Source of the DNA: the human T2T-CHM13v2.0 reference genome, Homo sapiens
NCBI RefSeq assembly: GCF_009914755.1
Contig: NC_060932.1
DNA: 64,000 nucleotides
Strand: one strand, 5' to 3'
The notes beneath the pieces were generated by a model. The model was given only the letters and a program-made list of their open reading frames with translations. It ran no database searches and was not told the DNA's origin. This document shows positions 59,880-64,000 of the stretch, in pieces. Numbering within the stretch: position 1 is the first letter of the stretch; every line of letters starts with the position of its first letter. The translations under genes were made by a program, and so were the position numbers.

Positions 59880-62517
59880 TTGGAGTGGTAATCTTTTTTG
59901 TCACCTGCTATAAGAGCCAGGGGCATTGCCTCCAGACCTCAAAGTGGCTGACCAGGCATTGTGCTTCTTTCTTTATGGTAGAAGGTAAATGCAACCATTT
60001 ACTTGAAAGAAAATGACACAACACATCCTTAGGCTCTGGACCTCTAAAATCTTCAGCGAATGGCAGGTCCCTGAGTCTTCAAAGGATTTTCTCCTATGCT
60101 CAGGAGGGCTAGTCCCCTTCCAAGGCCTCCAGTGTGCTGGGTTCCCTCTAGCTCATTCCCTCTGATCAAATGACATCATCAACATAAAAGATCAATGTGA
60201 TGTTCTGTAGAATATCTGTGTGATCCACAGCTCTTCTGACGATAAGATGACAGGGGGTGAGAAAGCTTTTTCTTGGGGGCAAAATGATAACATAGCTTTT
60301 GGTTTTTGCATATGAAGAACTGTTTCTGATCTTCTTTTCCGATTGAAACAGAAAATAAAATATATTCACCAAATCAATGGTTCCATATCATGTACCTGAG
60401 TCCTTATTAATCTGCTGTAGCAATAAACCACATCATGCATAGCAGCTATGATCAACGCTACAACTTGATTGATATTGTGGTTGTCTGTAGTGATTTTCCA
60501 GGATCCATCTGGTTTCTGCATGGCACAAATTGGATTAAATTGAGATATGATAGGGACCACTACCATTGAATCCTTTAAGATTAATATTTCTAACATTTTC
60601 CCCCATACGCACCTATTGGATGTGATACTGATTTTGATTTATGATCCTGGCCAAGGCATAGGGCAGACAATTTCAGAAGTTTTCACTTGACATCCTCAAC
60701 AGGATAGCTATTATCCCATAGGACCAGGATGCAACATAGGAGTTGCTCCAAAAGTCAAGTACATCAATCCCAGTTATACTTTTAGGAATTGAGGAAATGA
60801 TTATTGGGTGTGTCTGCAGACCCATTGGACTCACCACAGTCAGAATTTGGCCAGGACCCTTTTTATCATCTGCCTCCCTTATACCCCATTCTGACAGAGG
60901 AGGCGTAAAGATGTTTCAGATTACTAGGTAGAAGTGTCAGTACAGACCCTATGGCCATCTGTCTTCTGAATATTTGGGTATTACCTTTTTCCAGTACACA
61001 GTCACTTGATCAGGCCGTTGGCTCTTTTGGAGAAGGATTGAGAGGATCTTTACAGTGCGTAATAAGGTCCTTCCCCTGAGATCCTCACTCTCTTGAGTCA
61101 GTGGATCCCAGTCTGAAAACTGGCTCGAGTCCAAAAACTGGGCAAGGGAATGTGGCTTTATTTGAACAATAGGCTTCAGTGTTGTCAAACAATATCAATT
61201 ATCGTTTTCTATTGATTAGGTTGGAAGTCCATCTATTTTACCCAAAGGGATAGACCATGTTATATTAAACCATCTCCATAGTTCTCTGCAGGTCAGGCTT
61301 CCTTGGCTATTACTCTGATCTTGTCTGTTCTTATGAAAATAATAATCTCCTAGCTTTTGGTGTTAAAATCTGTTTACTTGTCTCTATTGCTTTAGGGTCC
61401 TAGTATCCCCATTGCTGTTAGTGAGCCAAGTTCTCTGGTGGTTCTTCTACCTCCAGCCTTGGTCTACAGAAGAGAACAAGCAGTGAACTCCATAGTGAGG
61501 CTCATGTGCCTCTTAACAGTGTTTTCTTGATGGTCTGGGTTAAAGTATGATTTGGGGGACTTTCCTAGGTAATGTAAGTATTTCAGCCTCACTCGTTGTG
61601 GGCCACAGCTTTATCCAGGCCCCAGGACCCACCCTAGATGCAAGTTTGAAACATCCTCTGAACCCTGTTCCAGGATATTGAATCTTATACCCCAAAATAG
61701 TGCCCCCAAGCCAATAAATTCTTCAATAACCAGTCATAGGTCCAGGCCCCCTTGATTGTGCATCCTCAGCCTTCAGAATATGGGTCCTGCTGCTCCATAC
61801 GGCTAGGTCTTGTAGCTCCTTTGGCCAGGTCCTTGTAGTCCAAGTCCTCCCTTATCAGATGCTGCTCAACCCTGGCTGGGTTATGCTTCCACTTAACTCT
61901 GATTATAGGCCAGGAGGCAGGAAGGCAGTGGGGGCAGCTTCTGAGGTGAGACGCCTGTTGTCTTGTATTCTGGCTTTGGGGCGTGGGACACTAGCTCTCA
62001 GGGGTGGAGTGAGCAACTTCTGCAGGCTCAGAAGATCAGATAAGTCTGGGAAATAAAATCTTTGGACCAAATGTCTCCATCCCATGTGTCAGGGTCCCTA
62101 AGTTTTTCCAGCTAGAGTCTTGACTTTGACAGATCTTCCTCATTTGGACATTCAACTATTCAGCCACTCTGACTATCAAATCCTGTGCTTAATCTTCAGC
62201 TTTTTCTGCTCCTTCACTGCATAAGATAAGGGCTTCTTTATAAGTTAGTACAGTAATTCAATGCAACTTAGTAATAACCACCCAATTGCATTATTTTGAT
62301 CTTTATTATTCCTCAGTACATTTCAAACCCTGGACCATTGCATCTACCAGTACACACCCTTTCTCCGGGACATCATCCCAGCTCACCATGGGAGAACATT
62401 TTAACAATTGAACAACCACTTTGTGCTAGGGGCTTTCTATGAGGGATGGAATCCTCATAATCAGACAATCAGTGAGTGGTCAAGTTCTAAAATATAAACT
62501 TATCATTCCTGGTACCA
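59880..62517 (-). mobile_element. ERVL-class (HERV16/ERV3-16A3-like) internal region: degenerate gag-pro-pol up to RT
   Basis: Minus-strand translations LKDSMVVVPIISQFNPICAMQKPDGSWKITTDNHNINQVV and CHLIVRRAVDHTDILQNITLIFYVDDVI (YVDD at 60186-60175) resemble ERVL RT. PBS-like TGGTACCAGGAATGA at 62517-62503. Confidence 0.85.
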
Positions 62518-62519
62518 AG

Positions 62520-64000
<1,481 letters not shown>

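Overview
AT-rich, repeat-dense primate DNA, almost certainly human because it carries an essentially perfect AluYb8. I found no recognisable protein-coding exon, RNA gene or CRISPR array, and the longer ORFs in the track come from transposons. The window is a set of nested insertions. (1) A full-length older L1PA (about PA8-10, 2.5-12.9 kb) hosts a THE1 MaLR provirus and an old-type SVA. (2) An ancient two-LTR MLT1J-like provirus (16.7-24.2 kb) hosts an MLT1C/D LTR, an internally deleted L1PA4-like element, a MER96B-like DNA element and an MLT1A LTR. (3) A truncated L1PA is fused directly to an L1MA9-like element (39.3-43.1 kb). (4) An ERVL (LTR16/HERV16-like) provirus remnant has its LTR interrupted by another L1PA (59.9-64 kb). 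Five Alus with TSDs, L2/MIR fossils and microsatellites fill the rest. The most interesting signals are non-consensus bases shared in a mosaic pattern between the three neighbouring young L1PA copies (possible local gene conversion), a two-step microhomology deletion in one L1, an SVA retaining the SVA2/HERV-K rec splice junction, and a uniform + orientation of all L1s alongside candidate minus-strand exons. I see no convincing evidence of a new biological system. Subfamily labels come from recalled consensus sequences and need RepeatMasker/Dfam confirmation.
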